Positions 1 to 13,700 of a DNA stretch of 64,000 nucleotides are shown here, in pieces (position 1 is the first letter of the stretch; each line of letters begins with the position of its first letter). The notes under the pieces were generated by a model, which did no database searches, had not been told where the DNA came from, and saw nothing but the letters and a program-made list of their open reading frames with translations. The stretch comes from Eledone cirrhosa (Eukaryota). The DNA lies in the NCBI GenBank assembly GCA_964016885.1, contig OZ024741.1, positions 95,480,001 to 95,544,000 of the forward strand, read 5' to 3'. Made by a program: the position numbers and the translations under genes.

Positions 1-446
1 ATTTGTAAACAGCGCATACCTAGGACAGTTAACTAATTTGTTTTGGGCCTTTTCAAAATGGTAGTGTAAATTGCAGATTTTATTGTTGTTTCTAGCAGGT
101 TGAGGGACCATGCACTACCCCTTCCCCCTCGCCTGCATTTATAGTTGTTGATGATATTGATGACATTGGTGGTTGTGTAAATGATTATAATGAAGGCAGT
201 GGTGTTGTTTAGTTGCAGTTGTTTAGCTCTAGTTCAGCAGATTCCGACTGGGATCCTTATACCTAGGACTACATTATTCAATGTGTTGTCTTTCCCCTTT
301 TGTTAAGACAAGGTGAAATTTGGGTGAGATTTAGCTGCTTTTTCTAGCAGATCGAACAACCACATAGACTCCCTCCTTGGTTTGTGGTGTTTCTTATAAT
401 TTGGTTCTGCTGTCCTTACTGTAGTAGTGGTAGTGGAAGAATTGTT

Positions 447-663
447 CCCTTTAGCATTTAAACTGGCTGCATCTGGCCAGAATTCTCTCACCTCTCTATG
501 TTCAAACTGGCCTTAACTGGCTGCTCAAGAAGGAATTGTTCTCAAAATAAATAACATCAAAATCTTATAGATTCAATATTATGTGAGATAATTGTGTAAG
601 ATAAAGCCTTTACCACAAAATTACAATAGTATATAAATATAGAGTAATGTAAATGCTAAAGAG
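447..663 (+). mobile_element. Non-autonomous piggyBac-type MITE (~200-220 bp family)
   Basis: Ends CCCTTTAGCATTTA ... TAAATGCTAAAGAG followed by TTAA; body matches the copies at 35828, 46033, 49815 and 63768. Confidence 0.75.
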
Positions 664-1171
664 TTAATGCTAAATCAGCTCTTATCCAGCAGATTAGTTA
701 TCAAAAGTCCTTACAACTTGGACCATCCTGCCTTTTTAGTGGTATCTAGGACTACACTGTTCAATGTGTTACTTTTTTTAAAAAAGACAGTAAGGTATTA
801 TTCGAGTGAGATTTGACTGCTATTTTAGCAAGACAAGTGACTATAGAGAGAGATGGGGAGGGTGAGACAGTGGGAGTTCGGACCAGGTGTCAGCGTCAGT
901 TATCCATAAGGAGGTAGTGATACAGAGAAATTCTAGCTGAACACTGCTGCTGCTGTTAATGACTATGTATTGGCTGTGTTAGTTGTTGATGTTGTTTAGC
1001 CCGAGGTCAATCAACACTTATTGTGCAGACCTAATGATGAAAAGTATCCCATCCTTTTTCCAAATATAGTGCACTCATAATGACCTTATAATGTACTCCT
1101 TTTTAAAGCAGATAGGATTTAATTTGAGAGAGTTTTGACTGCTATTTCTATTATTGGTTGTTAGTGGTTGG

Positions 1172-1362
1172 GATAATTGTTTCTACTTTTGGCAGAAGGC
1201 CAGCAATTACGCAGTACATTACTGGTACTTTATTTTATCGACCCCGTAAGGATGAAAGGCAAAGTTAACCTCGGCGGGATTTGAACTCAGACCGTAAAGG
1301 GATGTAACTATGCTGGAAAGCATGGCGTCCGACCCTCTACCGATACTGCCAATTCACCCACT
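1172..1362 (-). mobile_element. tRNA-derived SINE, family A
   Basis: Reverse complement of the 3101-3290 copy: A box TGGCAGTATCGG, B box GAGTTCAAATCCC, central GCCTTTCATCCTTACGGGGTCGATAAAATAAAGTACCAG. Confidence 0.85.
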
Positions 1363-2648
1363 GGTGGGATAATAATGGTGACAGTGGTAGTGTTGAATGA
1401 TGTATATTAGTAGTAGTAGTAGTTGTTGTTGTAGTGGTAAAGGGCTTATTATTGTTTAGCCCCACATTATGGTTATGTTGCTGTAATGGTGATGTTTGTG
1501 ATTCTCCCTCCTCCAGGCCACATCTGACTCAAAAGATATATGATCAAAGGTGTCACAGTCATTATCAACCTGTTTTCTTTTTTTATGCAGGTTTATGTTA
1601 TTCATTGCCTACATCTTCCTTTTTTTTGTTAAGAGTGTGATTTGTGGCAATTTGGCTGTTATTTCTAGCAAGTCAAGTGACCTGCATAAAGCATGTCATA
1701 GTAAAGTGGGATTTGAGGGCTATACTGCTATTTTTAGCAGATTGAGTGACCTTTATTAGCTCAGTAGCGGTGGGGTTGTTGATATTTAGTACCAGGTTTA
1801 GCTATCATCAAGCAGACCCAAGATCAAAGGCATTCCAGCTGTGACTACCCAGTTTGTTCTCTATGTGCAGGAAACCCAGGCCCATATTACCCAACACATT
1901 ATTTTTTTTTAAGACAGTAAGTTGTGATTTGACTGCTATTTCCAGCAGGTTGAGCGATTGTGTAAAGGGTCCCTTGTTTTGTTTGAGGTGGTGGAAAGGA
2001 TGATGATTGGTTGCAAGGAACTGAAAGAAAAAGAAAATGAGTCAAAAAGAAAGCAAGCACACAAACACTTATTTTAAACACTCATTAAATGATCCCTGTT
2101 CTTATCTACCATCCAAATAACTTTACACAATTTTTGGTGGTGGCAGTTAATTATAGTGTGTATGGAAGTGTGTGTGAGACTTGAAGATTGGTAGTGTATA
2201 GCATTTCTTTTTCCCTTTCCCTTGTTTTCAAAATATTTTTTAATATAATATCTAACATCACATTGTTATGGATGCTTCAATATCTCATTCTTATTTTCCC
2301 CTTAAAATATGGAGTGCCTTTTCTGCTTAGTCGAAAATAAATTTGTGAAGGTGATTATATTGTAGTACTTAGTCCTTCCATTCTAATTCCATGTTCAAAT
2401 CATTCTTAGACTGACTTTAACTATCATCCCTTGAGGTAGCAATAAAATAAGAACCAACCATGGATTAAAGTTAACTTAAGCGATTATGCCTCGCACCTAC
2501 AAATTTGTGAGCTTCCACTACTTCTACCAATGTCTGTTTTGGTCTTCCACTTAGAACTCCTGGCTCTTTACCATACACATTACATCTCTGTACCAGCACA
2601 ATCTTCTTTCTTTCCTTCGAATGAAACAGTTCTAGTCCTGTAGAAACC

Positions 2649-2746
<98 letters not shown>

Positions 2747-3100
2747 CTAAGAATCTATGAAATTAAGCCTTGCAAGCAGTCAGCTAAATGTATATAGATG
2801 TAAGCTGAGAACTATGTAAAGGGTACTTGTGTCTGTGGAATACTCAGCCACTTGCTCATTAGCGTCAAAACCAGGCTGTTCTGTTGATCAAATCAACTGG
2901 AAGAGAAAGGTCCAGGGAATGTTAATCTAAAATAGAATGGTAATTTTACTGGGAGGGACTTTTATCTCACATTCACATAGCACGACTATACTTATGTTCA
3001 TCCTTTTGGTACCAACCCAACCAAAAGTGGTTCTGTTTCTATAAAATAAATCCACCCACTTAAAAGAATTATTATTTAAATTATAATCTTCCAACATTAT

Positions 3101-3290
3101 GGTGGATTGGCAGTATCGGTAGAGGGCCGGACGCCATGCTTTGACGCATAGAGTTACGGCCCTTGCCATTCTGAGTTCAAATCCCACCGAGGTTAACTTT
3201 GCCTTTCATCCTTATGGGGGTCGATAAAATAAAGTACCAGTAATACACTGGGTAATTGCTGGCCTTGTGCCAAAAGTAGAAACAATTATT
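3101..3290 (+). mobile_element. tRNA-derived SINE, family A (full-length copy)
   Basis: Pol III A box TGGCAGTATCGG, B box GAGTTCAAATCCC, conserved central block, 3' end GGCCTTGTGCCAAAAGTAGAAAC plus (ATT)n tail; many copies in the window. Confidence 0.85.
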
Positions 3291-3435
3291 TAATACAAGA
3301 ACCTTAGTAATGAAATAATTAATAATTTGAATAAATCTCTCAAATTTATAAATACTGTCATGAAAGTTAAATATTGGCCCTTTGAAATCTGATTGTGCTT
3401 AGGTAGGCCATTACATTTATGATCATCATTATTAA

Positions 3436-3577
3436 CCCTTAGAAAGCTGTTAGACTGATATATTGGCCCTAAGAATGTAAAACTGCAGTTTTTCTATTTA
3501 AAAAAAAAATTTTTTTACACTCAATCTTTAGTCCTTTTTTTTTTTTTATAGTAAAGAAGGTGACAGTGCTAAAAGGG
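3436..3577. mobile_element. Short TTAA-flanked piggyBac-type MITE (second family)
   Basis: TTAA|CCCTTAGAAAGCTGT ... ACAGTGCTAAAAGGG|TTAA. Confidence 0.55.
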
Positions 3578-3840
3578 TTAAACTTACTAAATCTCACTAG
3601 CCCATATTTCTTATATATAAAGCTGAAAACATGGCATCTTTTTTGTTAAGAAATCTTTATTTATTTATATGGTTATTAATTTATTTATTTTCATTTTCAT
3701 TTTATCATCCAAAAGAGATAAAGAAAAGGGCCTGCTGTTGCAAAAGCTTAAATAGCAAGACAGGGGTGCAGGGATGATAAGAAAGTGTAGTGGTGGTGGT
3801 GGTGGTGCCATTGGGGTTTGTGGTGGTGGGGTCAGTGTTG

Positions 3841-3872
<32 letters not shown>

Positions 3873-4259
3873 GGTGGTGGTGGTGGTGGTGGTGGTGGTG
3901 CTTATACATCAACTTTGCCTCTGGCTGCTGAGCTGTGCACACACCTCATGTGACAGAAGATATGTTTTATTAAGAGTAAGAATTAGAAATAGAGAGAGAA
4001 AAAAGCTATAGAGGACAAGAAAAGGTAAAAAAAGATTAAAGTGTAGAGGATTTCAGAGACTAAGAATCTTTTGTTGCTTAAAGTTATTTGTGAAGGGACT
4101 CTCTCTCTCTTCCAGATTTCACATGAATAAAAAAATATATATATAACAAAAACCTCTCCATTTTTTTTTTTACTGTTCATGTCTTTTAATGACAGAACAC
4201 AATGGAAATTAGACATAAAATGAATTAAAATTCTCCACTACCAGCCTTATCCCCCCTCT

Positions 4260-4905
<646 letters not shown>

Positions 4906-6347
4906 CCTCCCCTCTTCTCTTCACAGTTTTTTGTCTCACCTATTTGTCTGCTTTCTTCACCCTGCTCCACTCCACCCCCCTCTCCACTGTGCAGTCCTCT
5001 TTCTTTTTCTTCTTCCTATGTGAGTTGTGTAAGACAAGTTTTACTGCACTAGCTACCAATTGGAGGCCCCTAATATTTGGACCTCATTAAAGTTACTACA
5101 ATGACAGCAACAGCTACAATTATTACTCCTCCATCCCACCCTATCCCATCCTACACTCCACCATTACCATCCCTTCATTTAGATCAGTGTGCTTATTTAC
5201 CACCACCACCTCCCTTATTTATTTGGTACATATTTTTATTTATTTATTGTATAAAGGTGTTTAATAGTAATAATAATAATAATAACAATAATAATAATAA
5301 TGATAGTGAGTGGCAAAGTAACCCTTATACCATACCGCGTCTTTTTTGGGAACAAGTAAGTCCACCAGCAATCTTCAAACTACAGATCTGAAAATATGTA
5401 CTTGGTGCAATGTCCAATAGCATCAATTAACAATAACAGCAGCAACAACAATGATGATGTTGGTAATGATGATGATGATAATAATTATTATAAGGATAAT
5501 ATAAAAACAAAAACATAAATAATATGAAAATATAATTCTGGAAAAATACAAAAAAATAAAAACTAAGAGCATCAAACTGCTTTCAAAATCATTGGACCCC
5601 AAAACTAAACTTGTTGACATCCACCAAGAAAGAAAAGCAATTATAATAATAATTATGTTTTTAAATTGTGAGGGTGCCTAACTTATCATTTACCAATTAT
5701 AAAGTTTGTTGTTTGTTACATTTTCAGCCAGGTTGTCCAAAATAAACTGAACGAAATTAGTCAGATTCAACATTTCAAAATAGGAAGCACTACAATTTGT
5801 TGCTTCAGTATTCTTTTATTCTTTTACTGGTTAAAGTCATTCACCTGCAGTTAGTGAAGACAATGTGGCTTAGTGGTTAGTAGCTTTCATTCCTGGACCA
5901 CATGATTTCTAATTTAGACACAAGGCCAGCATATTTGGGTGAAAGGCAAAGTTGATCAAATCATCCCCTGTATGTGACTGGTACGTTATTTATTCGACCC
6001 CAGAAGGACGAAAGGCAAAGTTGAACTCGGGACAAATACTGCTAAGCATTTGTCCAATGCTCTAGTGGCTCCGTCAATCCACTAACCTATCATGTTGAAA
6101 GCAACCGGTTTCGTTTGATCACCAAAGTTAAGCAATGTCAAGCTTAGTTAATATTTAGATGAGTGACCCTTTTGATAATAATGACACCACTGCTAAAACT
6201 GTGGTCACAGCTAAGACCTGAATGCAAGTTTCTATGATCAAATTATGAAGAAGCTTCTTTACTGACATGTCTTGCTACTGCAGTTGTTGTTGTTATTGTG
6301 ATGATGGTCCTGATCAAGCAGACCTATGATCTAGGGTGTTTCAGTCA

Positions 6348-6405
<58 letters not shown>

Positions 6406-7689
6406 ATGAAAGGTCATGCCTGAGATTCAGCATAATACAATGGCTCTTTGAATTACAGGTACAGTCTATACAAAGTACTTCCAAATAGTTTCTGTATACC
6501 CAATTTCACTAACAAGGCTTGGCTCCACCCGATGATGTGGGAAATGACACTTGCTCAAGATGCCACACAGTGGGATTGAAATCAGAATCTTATGATTCCA
6601 AAGCAAACTTTTTAAACTATACAACCATGCTGTACGCATGCATGCACAGTTCAGTAAATAAACTACCAGCCTAATGTTCATGCAGCCTTCTCTCCCTTTA
6701 GCTGTCATATTCTGGGTGATCTGTTGAATCAAGGATGGAAGGGCTGAGAAAGTGTCTGTATCTGTTCAAGGTTACATGGACATCTAAAATCATTAACAGA
6801 AGCCAAGTACATACTCTATTGTGAGTTACGATTGTCATTTGTGTGTATATGTAGAATTAGTTGTAAAATAAACAAGATTGTAAACTATATTCCACTATTA
6901 GTCATAATTTATTTCACTCTATAGAAAGCTTGCCAAACAAAGGGTTGGGAGGACCCTTCAATTGTGTCAAGGATATGAGAGCCTCCCTAGTGTTGGTGTT
7001 CTACCTGATAAACTCACCAAGTACACATTGTAAAGTAATTGGTAATAGGAAGAGCATACAGTCTTAGAAAACTTGCCAAACAGGGTTGGGAGGACCTTCA
7101 GTTGTCTCAAAGATATGACAACTTCTCTTGTCCGGGTGCCACAATAAAATGCACACTGTAGAACATGGAAACATATGTAAATGATATGCTGGCCCGCCTG
7201 TGCTGACTTGGTCTGTGAAGACTCATCCAACCTTTGTTAGCAGGGAAAGCAGATGTTAAATGATGATGATGACACTCCATCATTTGATACGGTGAAAGTA
7301 AGTGTGTTATACTTGAATACTGTAGCTGTGCCTTTATTCTGAGTTCAAATCCTATTTAGATTCAATTTTGACTTCCATCTTGATAAAATATGAAGTATCT
7401 ATATGTTAATCCATTTCACCCCTACATTAACCCTTTTCATACCAAACCACCTGAATCCTACCCTTATTTTTATGAGACACAGCTATCTATTCATAGTGAT
7501 CAAAAGTGTAGGCAATTTATAAGAAATAAATATTTAGTTCTGGTTTATAAAAGTAAAGGAAATATCTATGTACTAGTCAAATTATCCCTATCCCTAATTT
7601 ATCGTATTGCATATTGTGTTTTAAGATTAAAACTAATTATAATAATGTGATTTCCTCATGTTGCATCTCTTCTATATGAGAACTTATCA

Positions 7690-7707
7690 TTATTTCTTCT
7701 ATTTCAG
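7690..7707 (+). promoter_or_regulatory. 3' splice acceptor of the zinc-finger coding exon
   Basis: Pyrimidine tract TTATTTCTTCTATTTCAG (AG at 7706-7707) directly upstream of the ORF. The in-frame TGA at 7713-7715 implies upstream exon(s) are non-coding. Confidence 0.7.
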
Positions 7708-7766
7708 ATATATGAGTTGTGTGCATCTGGCAGTGCTGTCTTACTGCAGACTCTGCACTCTGCAAC

Positions 7767-10700
7767 ATGGCCAACATCGAGGAACACAGTCGAGCTACTG
7801 AAGACAAAGAATCTGAAGCTCAAGTATTATCTCTAGAAGATAATTCATTAAAAGGAGGACGCAACCGCATTTGTAAGCAGTGTAAATTTACATGCAAAGA
7901 TTCTCGAGAGTTCTCGCAACACCAGTTATCTGCCCACGGTGAATCAGAAGATACTCATTGTATGCAAAACTCAGTATCTAGTAACAAAGACAGCAACAAT
8001 AATAGCAGCAGTAACAGTGGTAACAATTCATATCGAAGAAACAGTGCTAAGTCTTGCAGCCCTCAGATTGGGAGCTTTAAGCCTGATTTCTATATCAATA
8101 ATAATAATAATAACAACAATAATAATAATAATAATAACAATAATAACAATATCAATAACAGCAGCAGCAGCAACAACAACAATAACATTTATAAGATGAG
8201 CCGAGAAGAGGATGAAGAAAATTCTGAACACATTTACAGGGACACTGAGGATGATGAATTAGAAGATCGACTAATAATAGCTGAAGACCAAGATGATTCC
8301 TTTTCCCATACTCCTATAAGAAGTGGCAATATTCAAAACCGAACATATATTTGCCCTTTTTGTGATTTTTCATCAACTAGTGCAAAAGTTTTCTTGCATC
8401 ACCAAAAAGATATCCATGGAAAAGACTTCACCATTTATGAATGTGATGTATGTGATTATGCAACTAAATACAAACAGAAACTTCCTCGTCATCGTAAGCT
8501 TCACTTTCCTGGCCTTGAGTTTAACTCTGGTTCAGTAGGAGCATTGGGACCAATAGCTTTGGCAGGGGAAAACACTCAAGATACCTCTGACATTATCATA
8601 ACATCTGAAGTGGATATCAGAAAAAGAGATGAAGAAATGGAAGATGAATTAGATGATGAAGACATGGAAATAGTTGTGGAAGATGGAAATGGGATTGATG
8701 ATTCCCAAAAACAGAAAACAAAGCGCACACGTCAAGAAGTTGACCCTGCAAAGTATATTGAGGTTATGGATGACGTTGGCATTAAGTATTCTTGTTCAAA
8801 GTGTGGAAATATTTATAAATGGCGCAAGTCTCTAAACAAACATTGGAAAGAAAAGCATGCTGATGAGAAACTAGATGGTATTAAACAAATTTCATCACCT
8901 CATAATCCAGTGAAACTGGGAAATCCAAAACTTAATCATGAAATGATTAGGAAGGAATCATGTGAAAAGCTCATATACAAAAAAGAGAACCAGTCAAATG
9001 GTTATGCTGATGATGGTAGAGTATGTCATGAAATATCTGGAGTCAGTGATTGTGTTATGCCGAAGATGATTGGACCATTTGTCACTAACTCTTACATGTC
9101 TGCCTATTCCACAGAAAATGGTCAATCTACTGGTCAATCAAATTCAGACCATGGAGTACTTGATTTATCGAGAAAGACACCGACATCTCTATCATCCAAT
9201 ACACAGCGTGAACCAATTGACTTTTCATTTAAAAAAGAACCCTATCTTTCACCTAATGTCTCAGGGGTCATGAATATAAAGACAGAACCTGTCTGGGATA
9301 ATGAACAGGATGTAGATGAAAGTGGAGAAGATCAAAAACAAGCATCTCCAGTTTTACAGTGTCCAAGATGTTTCTTTGTTGCAAAAACAATTATCGATTA
9401 TAGTTCCCACATGGCAGTTCATCTGAATAAAAGGGCATTTAAATGTGCAGAATGTCAGAAGCATTTCAACTGTGTAGAGGAACTGAATAAACATTTCGCT
9501 GAAGTCCATGTTAAAAAGATTCATGAACATCGAGATGTAATCCAGAAAATTCCACATGGACTTCAACAAACTTACCATTTATTACGCATGCCATTGTCTT
9601 CAAATGAATTTAATTGTGCTGAACAGCGCCAATTGAAATGCAGCCGTTGTGATTTTGTAGCAAAATGGCCTGCTGAATTGCAGAAACATGCTGTCTCTCA
9701 TTCTGAAGAACGTCCATTTATATGTATGGTGTGTGGCTCTACTTACAAATGGAAATGGGATTTAGTGAAACATTTTGAGAAAAGTCATTCGACTTTAACT
9801 AATCCCTATAAACGTAGAGCAGCAATTTTAGGAGCTAATATCTCTGAGCCAACAATTTCTAGAACAGCCGATGCACTTGTGGATAGCCGAAGCTTGGACT
9901 CAATAATTTTGCCTCCCAAAAAGAAACGAAGGTTGTCTGATACTGATTTGACAGAAATGAACTCTAGATATTTAGATATGGATATGAGAAATGACAGTAT
10001 GCCTCTTCACAGATCTTTTCATAGCAACAGGTCTTCTCCGTTATTTTATCGAGAAAGATCATCTTCTGTTCCACCATATCTGAGTAATTTTCCTGAAAGG
10101 ATTCGCTACAACGAAAGAGACTCTGATGACAACAGTATGCCTGGCCTTCAAATTGCTAATGTATATTCATTAGTGAAAGATAAATCATCAAATTCACAAC
10201 CTGATTTATTGGAATGTTCCTCGTTATTTTCCTCTTGTAATCAACCAACTGGTGACCGTCAAATGAGTTTTGCAGAACAATTCCTAAGTTTTGAAGATCA
10301 ACATAAAGCTGTTAATGCTGCTCTAAGACAACGTATCAATATGTCTTCAAATCGTAATAAACGTCAGTCTAATGTAAACTCCAGTGAGAAAGACAGATCT
10401 TGCGCTGATATTCTATTACCATATAAGTGTTCGTTGTGTCAGTATCGTGCACGTTGGCCATCAGAAATAACTCAACACATGAAGAACCATTCTGATGAGA
10501 AACCATTCTGTTGTCCAGAATGTAGTTATAAAAGCAAATGGAAATGGGATGTAGTGAAACATATGAAACGTTGTGGTGGAGGAACAGTAAAGGATGTTAT
10601 CGATAACAGTAAACTAAAGACTGGACCACCTAATGTGATTGTTGTGGTAAGAGAAGAACCACAGGATCCTGAAAAGGTGCCTAAACCACCAAGTAGTGGT

Positions 10701-13700
10701 CTAATAAATGGAGAAGCTAACCAATTTTCTTTTAAGCCTATTCTTACTCCTGCTAAGATGTCTGCTGCTTCCAGTGAACTAGCAAGTAAATTATCAACTG
10801 ATGTTGTTGATCAACAAACTAAACCATCATCAGTTTTAGATTTAAGGAAGGAATCGGTTTCAAAACCAAATCCTTATTTCCGTGATTTAATTAATAATGG
10901 TTTATATCATTGCCTAGAATGCCAGTTTGTTGGCCACAGTCCTGCTGAGCTGAAACGACATGCATACCTACATTCCGAAGACAAGCCCTATGTCTGTGAA
11001 ATTTGTACATACAGCTCTCGTTGGAAATGTGACCTTAAAAAACACATTCGTACATACAACCATTATGCTTCTGGTAATTGTTCTCAAGTAGATAATTTAC
11101 AAAAGCCTTCAAGTCCTCTAGCATTTGAAGACATATCAGCACCAGAGGAACCAACAGTTTACGAGGAACCAAAAGTTTACAAGTGCAATCAATGTTCTTT
11201 TGAATCTGATTCTAAACTAGCCCTAGACCAGCATATTGTGAATCATGAAAAAGAAACCATGAAACATCATTGTACAAAATGTGACTTTGTTTCAGATGAT
11301 TCCTTTGTTTTCTCCCAACACCAGTTAATTCATGAGAATAGCAGCACTTCAGCTCCAACTGTACCCCCAGCATCAAGCAGCGCAAAAGTTTCATCTCGAA
11401 CTCGTCACCTAAAGAACTGCCGTAGACCAATTAAACAATACCACTGTAGTAAATGTCCTTATGTTTGTTTAGATGATATAGATTTAGTTGTGCACAAAGA
11501 AGGACACAACCCCCAAGGTTCTAATGCATTTCAGTGCTTTTTCTGTGATTTTAGTGTCCACCAGAAAATAGAGTTAATTAATCATCTATATCTTCATCCA
11601 GAATTTGAAACATCAGATAAATCCAAGTTGAATGAAATTCTCAATTTCTCTCAACTTTCAGATGTCTGGCAATCTACTAGAGATCATGATGACATGGACA
11701 TGGCTTGTGATGATGCTTTGGATTATTATTCTAATTCTAGCAGTTATGACTTTAACAGGCAGAAACCTGAAATGAGAGACTATAAAAGGGAAAAGACAGA
11801 ATTGGAAGAGAAAGAAAATAGGTTCATGAATGGAATGTCTCCAATGCGAGAGATGTCTTTGAAACGTCTACAGTGTGAATGGTGTGAAGCAGCATTTGCC
11901 CACATTAGCACTCTTTACCAACATGCACGATCTGTTCATCCAATTTTACTTCAACAACAAGAATATGACAACAACATAAAGTATGATGACCTACCACCTC
12001 CTCCTCCTCCACCTACCTATAATGGTGTCGCAGTGAGTCAGAATTCAGCATTTAATCCAATTGTACCTAAAATTATTCAGACTCCTAAAAAGGTCTTGCC
12101 TAATCAGCTTGCTAAACCTCAAAAGAATCCAAGCCCAGGAAAAACAGGCGGTCCATTTAAATGTCAGAAATGTCCTTTCATTGGCGCCAGTTCTAATACA
12201 TATTCTCGTCACATGGAAAGGCATGGCAGTAACTGTAAGCACACCTGTTTGTACTGTGATTACAGTATTGATAGACTTAATCTACTGCATCAACACATGC
12301 GTGGCAGTCATGGACATGATGTGAAGCAATCCCCCTTGAACAGCCCTGCCTCAGATAAAGCTTCACCTAATGGGTCTCATAAACAGGAGATGGGAAACAG
12401 AGTTATACTGTCAACACCAACCTACATTCAGAAAACTGATGGAAGTAGTGAATCTCACTTAAGACCCATAGCTCCCAAACCAGTGGAAAGTACACATCCG
12501 GAAATTTCGTCATCCTATCCCATTCTGGACCCAAATGGACCTAATGGAAAGTATCTATACAGATGTCCAAACTGCTCTTTTTGCAGCTCCAAAATTGCCA
12601 CTACTTCAACACATATTCGCATTCACCATATGAGCCATAATTTTATGGAGTCCAAGAAATATGGTGATAAAAGCTCTGAGTCATGTTACATTCCATATCT
12701 CTCTGATACAACAAACAAGAAATTCAACAATAAATTAGACAACTCAATGATTGCAAGACCTATAAACTGTGACTGCAATGACATGTCTAATCTGTCTAAG
12801 ACTCATCAACCTGCAAAGATTCCAGTTAAGAACATGTTGCACTGCTTACAGTGTCCATTTAAGACAACCACTAAAGAATCTTTGCATGAACACCAAGAAT
12901 TTCATGGTTATAAAGGTCAGTATCGGTGTAGTGATTGTAATTTTAGTGTTGATCATGTCAACGTTTTCTGCGACCATTCTGCCTTACATCCAGCCAACAA
13001 CAATAACCAGAATACCAACAATAATGATAACAACAATAATATTAACAGCATAAGTAACAACAATAATAGTATCAACAGAATGAATACTTGTGAAATAAGC
13101 TCTAGATCTAATGAAGAATCTGATAAAACTAATTTAGAAAAGGAGATTGACGATGATCAGTTTCGTCCTAAATATGACAACGAACGGCGTAGTAAACTGA
13201 ACCTACAACAAATGTTAAAGCAAGTTAAAATGGCCGGTCGAGTGAGGTACAAGTGTTCACGTTGTCCATATCGAACATGCTGCAAGAACAATATTATTAA
13301 ACATCGTAAACAACACATAGTGAACAGTCGTTACAAATGCCAGTATTGTAACTATAGCGCTGCACGCAGATACTTGCTACAACAACATCTAAAATTTCAT
13401 CGCGATGAAGCTAGCGAACAAGGCAAGGAATTCCAAGATGTTGTGCTTGATCCTTATGATGAGAATTCTGTCAAAAGTCTCAAAGAATCATCTGATTATA
13501 ACAAAGACTTGTTGACTCCAAAATCATTTGTTAATAGAAGGAAACCAAACCAGAGTGAAAGTACTTCCGTCCCAATATTTTACACGATGAAAGCCGAAAC
13601 TGAAGGAGGTGTTGAGAAACATGGTGATATGTTTGAAGATGAGGAAAAGCATTCTCCTGATGATCCTAACTTTGACAAAAGGCGAAACTTTCATTGCAGT

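Larger units (their letters stand above)
60..1960 (+). repeat. Cluster of degenerate copies of an old interspersed repeat
   Basis: The motif GATTTG(A/G)CTGCTATTT(C/T)TAGCAG...GAGTGAC, often preceded by AGCAGACC..(T/A)GATCAAAGG, recurs near 330, 810, 1135, 1650, 1725 and 1930; family not identified. Confidence 0.55.

Noticed and set aside
3101-3190. Possible tRNA genes at SINE heads
   Set aside because: A and B boxes are present, but no complete cloverleaf, and each continues into a SINE body.
5015-5365. Donor-like GTGAGT and GTAAGT as ends of an upstream non-coding exon
   Set aside because: No exon or promoter support from sequence alone.
7719-7766. GTG start given by the ORF track
   Set aside because: Eukaryotic locus; the first in-frame ATG at 7767 has a strong Kozak context.
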